From: Selaginella moellendorffii
Lineage: Eukaryota > Plantae > Lycopodiophyta
Length of the DNA stretch: 64,000 nucleotides
Direction: 5' to 3'
Assembly (NCBI RefSeq): GCF_000143415.4
Contig: NW_003314426.1
Location: 149,959-213,958 of the forward strand
The notes beneath the pieces are model-generated. The model was not told the DNA's origin. It saw only the letters and a list, made by a program, of their open reading frames with translations, and ran no database searches. The translations under genes were made by a program, and so were the position numbers. Every line of letters starts with the position of its first letter. Position 1 is the stretch's first letter. Shown here one piece after another: positions 22,341 through 33,900 of the stretch.

Positions 22341-25300
22341 TGTGAGTGCTTGGAATATGAAAAGGGAATACAGAAATGTGCATATCAATTAGCCCAAAAA
22401 CCCTAGCTTATATACAGGAGCAAGTGGTCTAGATTAAAACCAATCCGACGGCTACCAAAATCCCACTACGCTAATATTAGTATATAGCATCGTAACCGTA
22501 CACTTGGCCTCACATCATCCCATCCTCTCAGGATAATGGAAGACCATCAGGGTTCTCTTGAAGATGGGCCGGGATCTGGAGGAACGTCAGGAGGAGGCAT
22601 CGGTGGATCTGTAGGTGGTATTAACTCCTCCTGATCCCTTTGTACGAAGCGTTTCAGCCGCTGCACATGCACAATCTCTGGAGGATCGGCCTGCTGAACG
22701 TCATGCCGAACCTCATAAACTTGTGGTCCAACTTGCCGCAACACCCGATACGGTCCTTTCCATTGTGCAAGAAGCCTTTTAGATAAACCATGTACCGTAA
22801 GATGGGGAAAACGGACTAACACCAAATCATCCACTTTGTACTCCACAGGTGGACGATGATGGGAGTTGTAGCGCCGTTGTTGTCCCACTTGTACGAGGCC
22901 TAAGTGTTTGGCAGACTCTGCTCGAACAAGTGGAAGAATGCTCGTCAAATACTGATCCCATGATCTAGCATCGGCAGCTCGTGGCAATCGCAAAGGTAAA
23001 CCCAGCTCCGTTGGTAATATTGGATCATGACCATATAGAAGTTTATATGGTGAAGCACCAACATAACTCTGCACCCCTGTAACATATGCATACCGAAGAG
23101 ACGGCAAATAACCATCCCAATCCGAATGCTGAAAGTTCACATACTTCACAATCATCCCTTTGAATGTCCAAACAAGCCGTTCCACCAGACCGTCTGATTG
23201 TGGATGATAAGCACTCGTAAAAGTGTGGCGTATCCCCAACCGAGATGTCAAAACATGAAATACCTCAGCCATAAATGCGGGACCATTATCTGAAAGAATC
23301 CGCTCTGGACAAGAATGCTGGAACACCACTCGATTGAGGAGGAAGTATCCAATAGCAGTTGCAGAGGCGCTAGCAAGAGCACCAACTTCCACCCAACGAG
23401 TCAAGTAGTCAGAAGCAATAATAACATACTCATTGCCAGCAGTTGACCATGGAAAAGGTCCCATAAGATCAAATGCCACTAACTCAAACAGACGGGAAAC
23501 CGCAATTGACTCCAACCATCCTTTTGCAGCACGAGGGGGAGTATTACGAGCTTGGCACCAAACGCAGCTACGCACATACAGGATAATATCACGTCGCATT
23601 TCCGGCCAATAGAAAGACCTGCACAGCTTCTCGATGACACGACGGTGTCCCATATGCCCACCAAGAACAGGAGAATCATGGTAGGCATGGAGAAACCGTG
23701 GAATAAACACCGAAGGCACCACCAGCCGTAAATGATCATCAGGATCCGTCCCCACAAAATAAAGAAGGCCATCTTCAAGGCAATATTGAGAATGTAAATG
23801 CCGGAAAGGCAAGTCATCAGCAAGTGATGCAGGATTTTCAAACCCATCTCGAAGCCTTCGAATCCACGGCTCAATCTTTTGAGCCTCACGAACCTCATCA
23901 AGAGAAGGTAGATCTTGCTCTGCACCCTATGGACACTGAACGTCAAGGACAGCAACCGCCGACGGCACAGAATCCTCATCTAGAAAATCCACAGGTGCTG
24001 GAACAACAGGTTCGTCAGAAACATGAGAAGTGAGTGGAGAAGGAAGAGGAGCTCGAGAAAGGGCATCAGCATTAGCCATAGAACTCCCTGGGCGATGAAC
24101 AACATCAAAATCATATATCTGAAGCTTCAAAGCCCATCAAGCCGTACGACCAACTAGGTTCTTCTGCTTCAATAATGAAGTAACAGTAGCATGGTCACCT
24201 TGAAGTAACGTCCGAGAACCATGTAGATATGCATGAAGTTTCTCGAAACCCCAGACTGCTACTAAACACTCCTTCTCCGTCGTGGAGTAGTTCATCTCCG
24301 CTGGTTGTAATGTACAGCTTATGTATGCAATGGGATGGTGCTGACCAGGCACACTTGAGCTCTCTTGCATCAACACACCTCCAAGACCAATGTCAGAAGC
24401 ATCCACGTGCAAAATAAAAGGTCAAGTGTAGTCAAGATACGCCAAAACCGGAGGAGTCGTCAATAGCTCTTTGAGATCCACGAACGCCCGCTCACAATCC
24501 GAAGACCAGATGAAAGATGACGTGGATGACTTCAGCAACGCTCGCAATTGTGTAGTGCGATCGGAAAGATGATCCACAAAATGACCGAGAGACTGCACCT
24601 TACCGAAAAAGCATTGCACATCATTCACACACTTCGGAGTAGGGAACTTTAGAACAGCCACAAGTTTTTCAGGATCAACTTACAAACCCTCACCAGAAAT
24701 ACAGTACTCAAGATAAGTTGTGTCCTTGGACCCAAACACGCACTTTGACCGCTTCAGCTTTAAACCAACGTCGTGTAGCCGATCCAACACTTTACAAACA
24801 TCACGAACGTGCTCCTCCCACGTCCCCTCTGAGTGGATCAAGACATCATCAATGAAGTCAGCAGTCACCTCTGGCATATCGCAAAGAACCTCGTCCATCA
24901 TCCGCTGGAAAGTTGCTGGAGCATTGTTCAAACCAAACGGCATCACTAAGAACTCATACAAACCAAATGGTGTACGAAAAGCAATCTTAGGAATATCTTC
25001 TTCAGCCATGGGTACTTGCCAATACCCAGAAGGAAGATCTAGCTTGGTGAACCAACGACTTCGCCCTAGACGATCCAAGAGATCAACAGTATGAGGAAGA
25101 GGATACACATCTGGGATCGTCACTTCGTTTAACGGATGATAGTCGATGCAGAAACGAATACTCCCATCAGGCTTCGTCACAAGATGAGGTTCATATGCCC
25201 AAGGACTCCGCGACTTCCGAATAACACCCTTCTCTAGCATTTCCTTGACGTTTGCTCGTAAAATCTTGATCTCCTTAGGTGACTGACGACAAACGGGAAC

Positions 25301-27348
25301 CTTGATTGGACGAGCATCCCCGGTTGGAATCGGATGACATGTGGCAATCTTGGCCCCAGATGATAGGTAAAATTCAAATAGATCAGAATACTCCTTCATG
25401 AGCCGATCAACTGCTGCAACACAAAGATCGTCGGAGGGATCGGAAAAGGGAAAAGCAGAACAAGATGGAAACATAAAAGGAAAGAGTGGGGGAACAAAAG
25501 TAATGGAAGCAGAGGTAGAAGTAGAGGGACGAAGAGGTATGGAAGTGAGAGGAATGGATGAAACATAAGGAAGTATAAGACAAGGGGAGAAGCCTCAAAA
25601 TCACACTTGGCATGATTGCGCTGCAACCAATCCATACCAAGAATGAGGTTAAAAGCTTGACTTGGCACCACCCGCAACGACTGCAACTCAAGCTCAAGAT
25701 CGCTCACACGCACAATCAGGTCCACCTCATCCCGTGCACATGCATATGTACTTCCGTTGCCATAAAGAATGAAAACTGGTTCCGCTGCACGACGCAAGTG
25801 TAGATGACAACGTGTGGCAATAGGTCGAGCAATAAAAGATAAACTCGAACCTGTATTAACCAACACGGAGAGAATAATAGGAGACCTCTTGTTATAAAAA
25901 CGAACTTGGAAATTAACACTGGATGAACTGGTGCCGAGTGAACCCCTTGATGGTACTCTGGAAAGAAAGATGGAGGGGTCACTGATTTATTCACGCAAGG
26001 TCCCTCCATTACTCACGCGACTCCTCGTTTCCCGGATGCATCTCGGTGTCCAGACCTTCCACTGCAGCAGCACCCATGGGATGTTGCTGACGCCAAGGTC
26101 TCCACCTAGGAAATGGAGGTCGCCAATCCGGAAAACGACGGCAACGCCGATAAGTATGACCAACTTCATCACACGCCTAGCAGCGAACATCACGGCCACG
26201 ACCATGTCCTCGTGCTTGTCCTTGGACTCGAGCAGCAGCAGCATCAACCTCCATTGGAACAGGACCATCACTCATAGGAAGTGGAGCGGAAGGACGTGCA
26301 GCGAGAAGTGGAAGAGGCGACGTCTCATAACGTTGTGCCAAGTGAAGAGCATTGTCAAGGGTGGCAGGAGCAAGTGCATGCATAAGGCCGACAAGATTTT
26401 GACGAAGTGCTGGCCACAACATTCCTAGCTTGATCCGCTCTAACATATTTGGCTCCGCATTAAGCAAAAGACTTCGGAAACGAATGCCAAATTGCATCAC
26501 CGACTCAGATGGCCCTTGGCGAAGACAATGCAATTGTTCAAAAGCATCATCACAATCATCAGCATGTCCGAAGGCGCGTTTGAAGACGTCTGGGAGAACA
26601 CTCCAATCCCCACGAGTGGCTGCACTCAAACCATTGTACCACTGCAACACCGTCCCTTGGAGACACATGGGAAACTCATGCAACCGTCGAGCATCATCCC
26701 AAGAATGATATGTGGCAATCACCGTGAAATGATCGAACCAATGGTACACATCATCCCCAGGATTCCCGCGAAAGAACTCCGGCCGAACGCGAGGATTGGC
26801 ACCAAGAGCAGGAGGAGTTGTACCACGTGCCGTAAATGCCGCCATCAACTGAGTTTGGTTGTTCAACTACAAGCGCATAGCATCAAGCAATTGTACCAAT
26901 TGCTGCTCTAGAGTCAAAGGAGGAGATTGCTGATTTGCCATGAAGATGAACGAAAAAGAAAGAGCAAAAGAAGAGAAATGACAAAAAGCTAGAAGGAAAT
27001 GGTAGATCTAGACAACGCAAAAAGCTAGATCTAAACCAAAACCCTGAATAGAAAGAACAAAAGAAGGAAATGGAAAAAGCTAGATCTAGACGATGCAAAA
27101 GCTAGATCTAAACCAAAATCCCAAATCCAAGCACTCCTTAGGGACAATCAAAGATGCCCCTTACCTCCACCAATGTGAGTGCTTAGAATATGGAAAGGGA
27201 ATACAGAAATGTGCATATCAATTAGCCCAAAAACCCTAGCTTATATACAGAAGCGAGTGGTCCAAATTAAAACCAATCCGACAGCTACCAAAATCCCACT
27301 ACGCTAATATTAGTATACGGCATCGTAACTGTACACTTGGCCCTCACA
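22341..27348 (-). mobile_element. Full-length degenerate non-chromovirus Ty3/gypsy element with LTRs of about 175 bp (22341-22514, 27174-27348) and 4-bp TSD CATT
   Basis: Paired LTRs TGTGAG..CTCACA; CATT on both sides; PBS-like TGGTGGAGG; gag 26177-26866, PR about 25400-25866, RT 24680-25474 (FIDDVLIHS), RH, IN 22547-23812. Confidence 0.95.
22547..23812 (-). pseudogene. Gypsy integrase
   Basis: HHCC zinc finger (HDSPVLGGHMG..CVWCQ), SDNG, SAYHPQSDGLVER, WKGPY. Confidence 0.9.
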
Positions 27349-27443
27349 CATTGTGATATATTTTAGATAGCACAAAAGAAATTTAAAAAGAGTAGTATAT
27401 TTTAAATAGCACAACAAATTATTTAAAAAGAGGAGTAGTACTC

Positions 27444-27517
27444 AATGGAATTTAACAATTGGTTCCTCAAGGTATGGAAGAAACTAGAAACCTAGACAGA
27501 TAAAATTGATGGATCAA

Positions 27518-27556
<39 letters not shown>

Positions 27557-27936
27557 ATTTGTTTCTTTCTTTCTATGATTTTGCAGAGTCGTCAAAAAAG
27601 GTACTCGGCATTGGCTTTGAGGTTCCCATAGGCAAAAAGAAACTCATTCACTCTGTACCACAACAGAACTTGCAGGGGTGAGCTTTTAAATGTTCTGAAG
27701 CTACTCTCTCTTGTTTTGACTTCCAGGTTCCATGGATTCGAAAGGCCTGTAGGAAAACGTTTCACAAAGGTGCAGATATTCTCTCTACAAAAATCAACAA
27801 TCCCGCCATTTTCTTCATCACATCTCCCGAGAATTGGGATAGCTCTCCAGCTTCCACTTGATCTCTGCCCACTTGAGATGAGATGCATGGATCCTACAAG
27901 AAGCCAGCCGTGGACACCACGCTGTTGCATCTCCCG
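27444..27936 (+). repeat. Left arm of an approximately 450-490 bp inverted repeat (includes a (CT)n tract)
   Basis: Reverse-complement match to 37881-38333. Confidence 0.85.
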
Positions 27937-28758
27937 AGCTATTTTGTTCAAGATGTGTGGTATACCGACGTGAACTATAAATTGCAGTGCAGGATCACAT
28001 TCTAACTGATTTAATGCTAGAAGCAGCTATGATATCTGACAACTCCAAAATGTTGAGCCTTCATGACTTCCAATATGCTTTGTGGAAGGTCCCGATGGTA
28101 AGTTTGAGTTTTATTATTCTCGCAAGAAATTAACCAGCTAGGAAACCCAGAGCAGTTATTAAAGAAATACGTTCCATTTCTTTGTGAGGAGTGTCAGCAA
28201 TCGCAACTAACACTGATACTTTTGAATTTTTTTTCATCTGTGCATAATTTAGGTTGATTATGTTTCTCAGTTCGGTATCTACGTCTGGGGAAACTTCTTG
28301 TATTGTGTAGGATCATCTCGTTCTTGGACTCCAACATAATAAAATTCCATCGAGAAGAAATACTAATCTTCTCTATTGCAGGTTCGTGATAGTATTTATC
28401 TTATTTTCGCAAAACTTTCCGGGAAGTATACTGTTAATTCTCCTTGGGCATACTTCCGATGTTGTTTCTTTTCTTTTGGAAAGCTCAGTGTTTTACTTGT
28501 CGTCACTAACACTAATACCAGATAGCACTACGCCTGTACAAGTACATAGCCTGAACATCCTAGCATGGTTTATTTCTGAAACTTCTATTTCGGACGAGAA
28601 TCAGTTACTGTTGGCCGTGGTTGGCTGCATTGTTGTATGCTTGACTGAGATTGAGACCCTCTGCATTAGCTATTGCATCAACAACCCACAGATGTATGGC
28701 TAAGGGAGGGATGGAAATGAGTGGGATGACCATAACCTAAACGAGACGCAGACAAAGT

Positions 28759-29356
28759 TTAATACCTCACAGTCTCAATGGCTGCTTTGCCATCTAGTTT
28801 TGAAGCGTAGAACGATTGAAGGTAATTTCCATAGACGCTATCTTTGAAGCAAGCAGGCGCTTCGTCAGCGACCAGCTGCGCCAGCAGAGCAATGTGACTA
28901 TCTTCTGCTGGCCCATAGAATGAAGCAATGGAGACTCGAGTTCGCTCCGAGTTGACAACTGCTCGGTGCTCCACACTCTTGTACGCATCATTGGAAAGAA
29001 TCTGAATAACACACAATCAAAACCTGGAAATCTCATGCATGCACGACTATGACGATCGAAAGAAAGCTTACCTGAAGTTGATCTCCAATGTTGACAACAA
29101 AGGCGCCAGGCAGAGGTTTGATCGGCACCCACGCTCCACAGTGTACAATCTGGAGGCCATCTTTCACCCTGGTGTCCTGCTGGAGTATAGTGAAACCGTT
29201 TGGATCCGCGTGAGCGTCCAGTCAGATTGTAAGCTCCGGCTCCGGACAAGGTGGATAGTAGTTCATCCTCATCGCATGCCTCTCTCCTTCAAAAGCTTCC
29301 TCCAGAGCACCACTTTCCAGTCCCAGTGACTCCGAGAACAATCCAAGCACTCTTTT
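28759..29356 (-). pseudogene. 2-oxoglutarate/Fe(II) dioxygenase (DOXC-type), C-terminal half
   Basis: MRMNYYPPCPEPELTI*LDAHAD...GLQI..WVPIKPLPGAFVVNIGDQLQ, intron 29002-29071, then ILSNDAYKSVEHRAVVNSERTRVSIASF; internal stop; N-terminal half missing. Confidence 0.92.
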
Positions 29357-29700
29357 CGCGGCGACGAACGAGACGTGGGTGGGGCGGACGACTGAATCGC
29401 TGGCGAGGGCGAGGAAGAGATGAATCGCTTGCGCGCTCTGGCCGTTTGCGCAGAGCGTCGAGATCATGATGTTACAGGAGAAGGCGTTCTTGTGGACGAG
29501 ATCGTGGAAGACGGACCATGCGTCCGGGAGGCTGGAGCACTTGCCATACATGAGGATGAGGAGATTGCTGAACAAGGGGTGGTGGCGTAGGTCGAGGGTG
29601 GCGGCCAGGCGGCGGTGCAAGAGCTTCCCTCGCGGGAGGGAGTTGGAATCACCACATTGGCGCAGAAGAGTCGCGATTTGGCGTGGAGATGCCTGCAGGA
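29357..29700 (-). pseudogene. PLS-class PPR gene fragment fused in frame to the dioxygenase
   Basis: LFSNLLILMYGKCSSLPDAWSVFHDLVHKNAFSCNIMIS...GQSAQAIHLF...VRPTHVSFVAA. Confidence 0.85.
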
Positions 29701-30176
29701 GGCACCGCGATCACTCCTCTTGCTACTTCGCTGGATGTCATGGCAAAGACACACTCTCTCTCTCCATGATCCTGTGAAGAGCTTCATATGGATCATCACA
29801 TTTTTTGTCAATAGCTTCACATAGGCACTAAACAACAGACATAAAGGAACTCAGAAGCAATCAGTCTTCTAAGCATCTTATCCTCCGGCATCAAATGTTG
29901 GATCAGTGATGTCCTTTTTGAAGTCTCGCTTGTTGTTTGAGGTGGGCACGTGCTCCTATTGGTGTTCATGGGGTGTTGCAAAGCTGTGGGCTCTCAATGT
30001 AAAGGGGATTTCCTTGGCAAAAGAGCTTGAAATTTTGGTGTGCTGTTTTTCTTGTTTTACCATTTTGTTTTACATGAGACATGTAGGAAATCCTGAGCTC
30101 AAAAGTTCACTAAGATTTATTCGCATAAACTACACTTTGGCAGAAAAATTATAACATTTACTACAAAATACAATAA

Positions 30177-30510
30177 TCAGTTAAAAACAACCCATTCATC
30201 ATCGAATGGATCTAGGACGTACAATTTGCCTTGCTTCTCCACACATTGTCCAATATTCCAGCGATGGGTAACTTTGGTAAAATCCACACACTTTGACAGC
30301 GCAAGAAGGAACGGGGTTACATCTGCCAAGAAGTGGTCATCCTTTGACCCCTCAAACTTTGGAGCCACCACCACGCTCTCTTGATGACCTTGGTAGAAGT
30401 CAATAATGTCATCCAGTGCCACCACCCGCTTGAAATCCCGAAACCCTACATGGTCAAGATTCTTGACTTTCGTCCCGTCCTTTAGAACAACGCAATTGCC
30501 ACCATGTAGC
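30177..30510 (-). pseudogene. FCP1/SCP-like CTD phosphatase, 3' half (split by the retroelement insertion)
   Basis: RLHGGNCVVLKDGTKVKNLDHVGFRDFKRVVALDD...PKFEGSKDDHFL; joins 35562-35815 in frame across the TSD. Confidence 0.9.
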
Positions 30511-30515
30511 CTCCT

Positions 30516-30908
30516 TGTTAGGATCCTATCCCTTACACCCTAAGCCAACTAGCTAAAGGGGTGATCACTTGATTGTAGGGCCCTTTCTTTATCCTATTAT
30601 CCTGACCTGGTGCCTAACAATCCTCCCCTCGTCAGGGAATGATCGTCCTCGATCATACTTAGGCCATCCTCCGGTCACCATGGTCCTTCTCTTAGGGTCT
30701 ACCAAACCTTGGTTCTCCCTCTAGATTCACCATGTTGAATATTCCTTTAGAATATTTTTGCCCCACTCGTTAGCCACGAGAATCGAACTAGGCTCCGATA
30801 CCATTGTTAGGATCCTATCCCTTACACCCTAAGCCAACTAGCTAAAGGGGTGATCACTTGATTGTAGGGCCCTTTCTTTATCCTATTATCCTGACCTGGT
30901 GCCTAACA
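30516..30908 (-). mobile_element. TRIM (393 bp): identical 104-bp LTRs 30516-30619 and 30805-30908, PBS, PPT
   Basis: Exact direct repeats TGTTAG..CTAACA; PBS TGGTATCGGAGC at 30792-30803; PPT GAGGGGAGGAT at 30620-30630. Confidence 0.92.
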
Positions 30909-33900
30909 CCAAGGACGAGTTGTACCGGTGATCACCCTTTCTGGGGAATCCTGCTCAAGCTCCTGGTCCATCTTCCACAGCCGTATACATCAAGGAGGCA
31001 TTGGGCCCGTCACTCCGAGATAGTACACCTTTCAACTGGCTGACATAAAATACCGGATGAATTTTCACCCCAGCTGGCAGCCGCACCCGATAAGCCGCTT
31101 TACCAATGCGCTCCAGCACTTCATATGGACCAGCATAGCGATGGGAGAGTTTATCACTCTTCCCTATCCGTAAAGGCACCAAGGTGTTCCGCCGCTCACT
31201 TGACGGAAAGATCACTCGCACGAAGACGAGATCACCCACCTTATATTCCCGGAATTGGCGATGCTCATTAGCAAACTTCTCCGCTCTATCCTGAGCTGCT
31301 TGCAAATTCCGTTTGCATACCACCAGAATCTCATCAAGTTCTGTGGCCAGATCAGTTGCCTCGGAATCAAGCTTTTCTTGAACGTCCTTACTCAAATGCA
31401 ATCCCAACTCCACCGCTGTTCGAGGATGCCTTCCAAACATCGCAAAGTAAGGACTTAGCTTGGTTCCACTGTGTTGGCTATTGTTGTAAGCAAATTGCAC
31501 CAACGGAAGATATAGATCCCACTGTCCTTGCCTTTGACCAATGCTACAACGTAGCATATCCTCCACCACCTGATTCACACGCTCAGTTTGCCCATCCGTC
31601 TGAGGATGATCTCCACTCGAGAGTTTCAAAGTCACTTGCATAGCCTTTGCAAAACTTTTCCAAAATCCACTGGTGAACTTTGAATCTCGATCACTAATGA
31701 TGTCCTCCGGCAAACCAAAATCAGGAAAAACCTTCTCCAAGTAAACCGCAGCCAAGTCTGAGGCAGTGACAGTCTTCCGAAGAGCCAACAACCGCACATA
31801 CTTCGTCAACCGATCTACTATGACCCATACTTGCTCCTTTTGCCTCTGTGTTCGTGGCAAACAAGTGATGAAGTCCATAGAGATACTACACCAACGGCTC
31901 TGAGGAATAGGTAAAGGTTGCAAAAGTCCCCCCGGCTTCTCCCGTGGCACCTTAACCCGCTGACAAAGCTCGCATGATTTACAATACTTGAGGATATCAG
32001 CCTTCATATTCCTCCAATAAAAGTTGCGCTTAATCAACTCATACGTCTTCTTCCCCCCAAAATGACCGGCCTCTGGACGATCATGATAGTGGAATAAAAC
32101 TTGAGTAATTAACGCATCCACCTGTGGCAAATAGACACGGCCATTGTAGTAGAGAATCCCATCCACCAATGAGAAAGGAGCTTCCATCTGGTCTCGCAAA
32201 GAGGCCACCTCAGCATCCTGAGCCTGAGCATGCTCAACCAACTGCCCAAACTCGCTGACCACCTTACTCAAATAATGACAAAATCGTGTTCGTAACATCG
32301 TCACATGACGAACACGAGATAAAGCATCCGCCACCACATTTGACTTTCCCGGACGATGCTCAATAGGAAACTCCCCAAACTCCATGAGTTTGACCATCCA
32401 ACGAGCTTGCCTAGTGTTCAACTCCTTCTGTGTGAAAAGATACACAAGTGGTTTGTGATCTGTCAACACCACGAACACTGCACCATAAAGATAGTGCCGC
32501 CACGTCCGCAAAGCATGAACAATAGAGAGTAACTCTTGCTCATATGTGGAATAGCGTTGCTCCGCGGAATTCAAAGTTCGACTCTCATATGCAATAGGCT
32601 GTCCCTCTTGCATGAGAACTCCTCCCAGTGCATAACCACTCGCATCGCATGTCACCTCGTAAGGTTTCGATGGATCAGCAATGCGAAGCACTGGAGCCTC
32701 GATCAACAATCGTTTCAGCGCCACAAAACTCTCCTCTTGTGGCGTCTTCCACTCGAATGGCACATTCTTGCGTAACAACCGCGTCAATGGAATAGCCACC
32801 TCTGCAAACTTATACTGGAAACGTCGGTAGTAACTAGCCATACCAAGAAAACTGCGCAACTCGGCCACTGTAGTCGGTGTAGGCCAGTTTTCCACCACAG
32901 CCACCTTCCTTGGATCCGTCTTGACACCCTTAGATGTCACAATATGGCCTAGATATTCCACCTCCGACTTTGCAAATTCACATTTGCTCTTCTTCGCATA
33001 AAGTTTGCTGTCTCGAAGTAACAAAAGAACCTTGCGCAAATGCACCCTATGCTCCTCCATATTCTTGCTAAAAACAAGAATATCGTCCAAGAAAATCTCC
33101 ACAAACTCATGAAGATAACGCCCAAATACCTCCGTCATCAACCGAGTAAATGTGGCCGGTGCATTCGTCAAACCAAACGGCATAACGGTAAACTCAAAAT
33201 GTCCGAAGCTTGTGTTGAATGCCGTCTTGGAGATAGATGCATCATCCATTGCAATCTGATGATATCCACTCCTCAGATCAATCTTGGTAAACACTCGTGC
33301 TTCACCAAGCTTGTCTAGGATATCATCCACACGTGGCATCGGCATCTTGTCCTTCACTGTCTTCTTGTTTAAAGCACGGTAGTCAATACACATCCGCATT
33401 GAACCGTCCTTCTTCTTCACAAGCAAGACCGGAGCACCAAACGGAGACTTACTTGGTTGAATAAATCCAAACTCAAGTAACTCCTTGACTTGTCGCTGAA
33501 CTTCTTGCTCCTCCGCATAACTTAACCGAAATGGACGCCGGTAAATTGGCCGCGTCCCCGGCTCCAATGTAATCCCATGCTCCACACCTCGTAATGGAGG
33601 CAATCCATGAGGAAGTTCAGATGGAAAAACATCAGAAAACTCGTCGAGTACATCCCGTACTGCTGCTTCTCCCCCACACGTGCCTTGGTCGCCCAAGTCA
33701 CGAACAAACAGCAAGTAACTCGAAAGTGCTTTTCCATTACGACAAGCCCGCTTCAAAGATGTAGCAGAGAGCATAACAACTGGTGGTTGAACGCCCTCGC
33801 CAAACCACACATCTTTAACTCCACCATACTCCAGCGAGATACGCTTAATGCTCCACTTTATCTCTGGATCCACCTTCACCAACCATGGCATCCCAAGAAT

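Larger units (their letters stand above)
15325..25132 (+). repeat. Segmental duplication block, copy A
   Basis: Collinear high identity with 50138-61398; copy A lacks the equivalent of 57149-58540. Confidence 0.95.
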
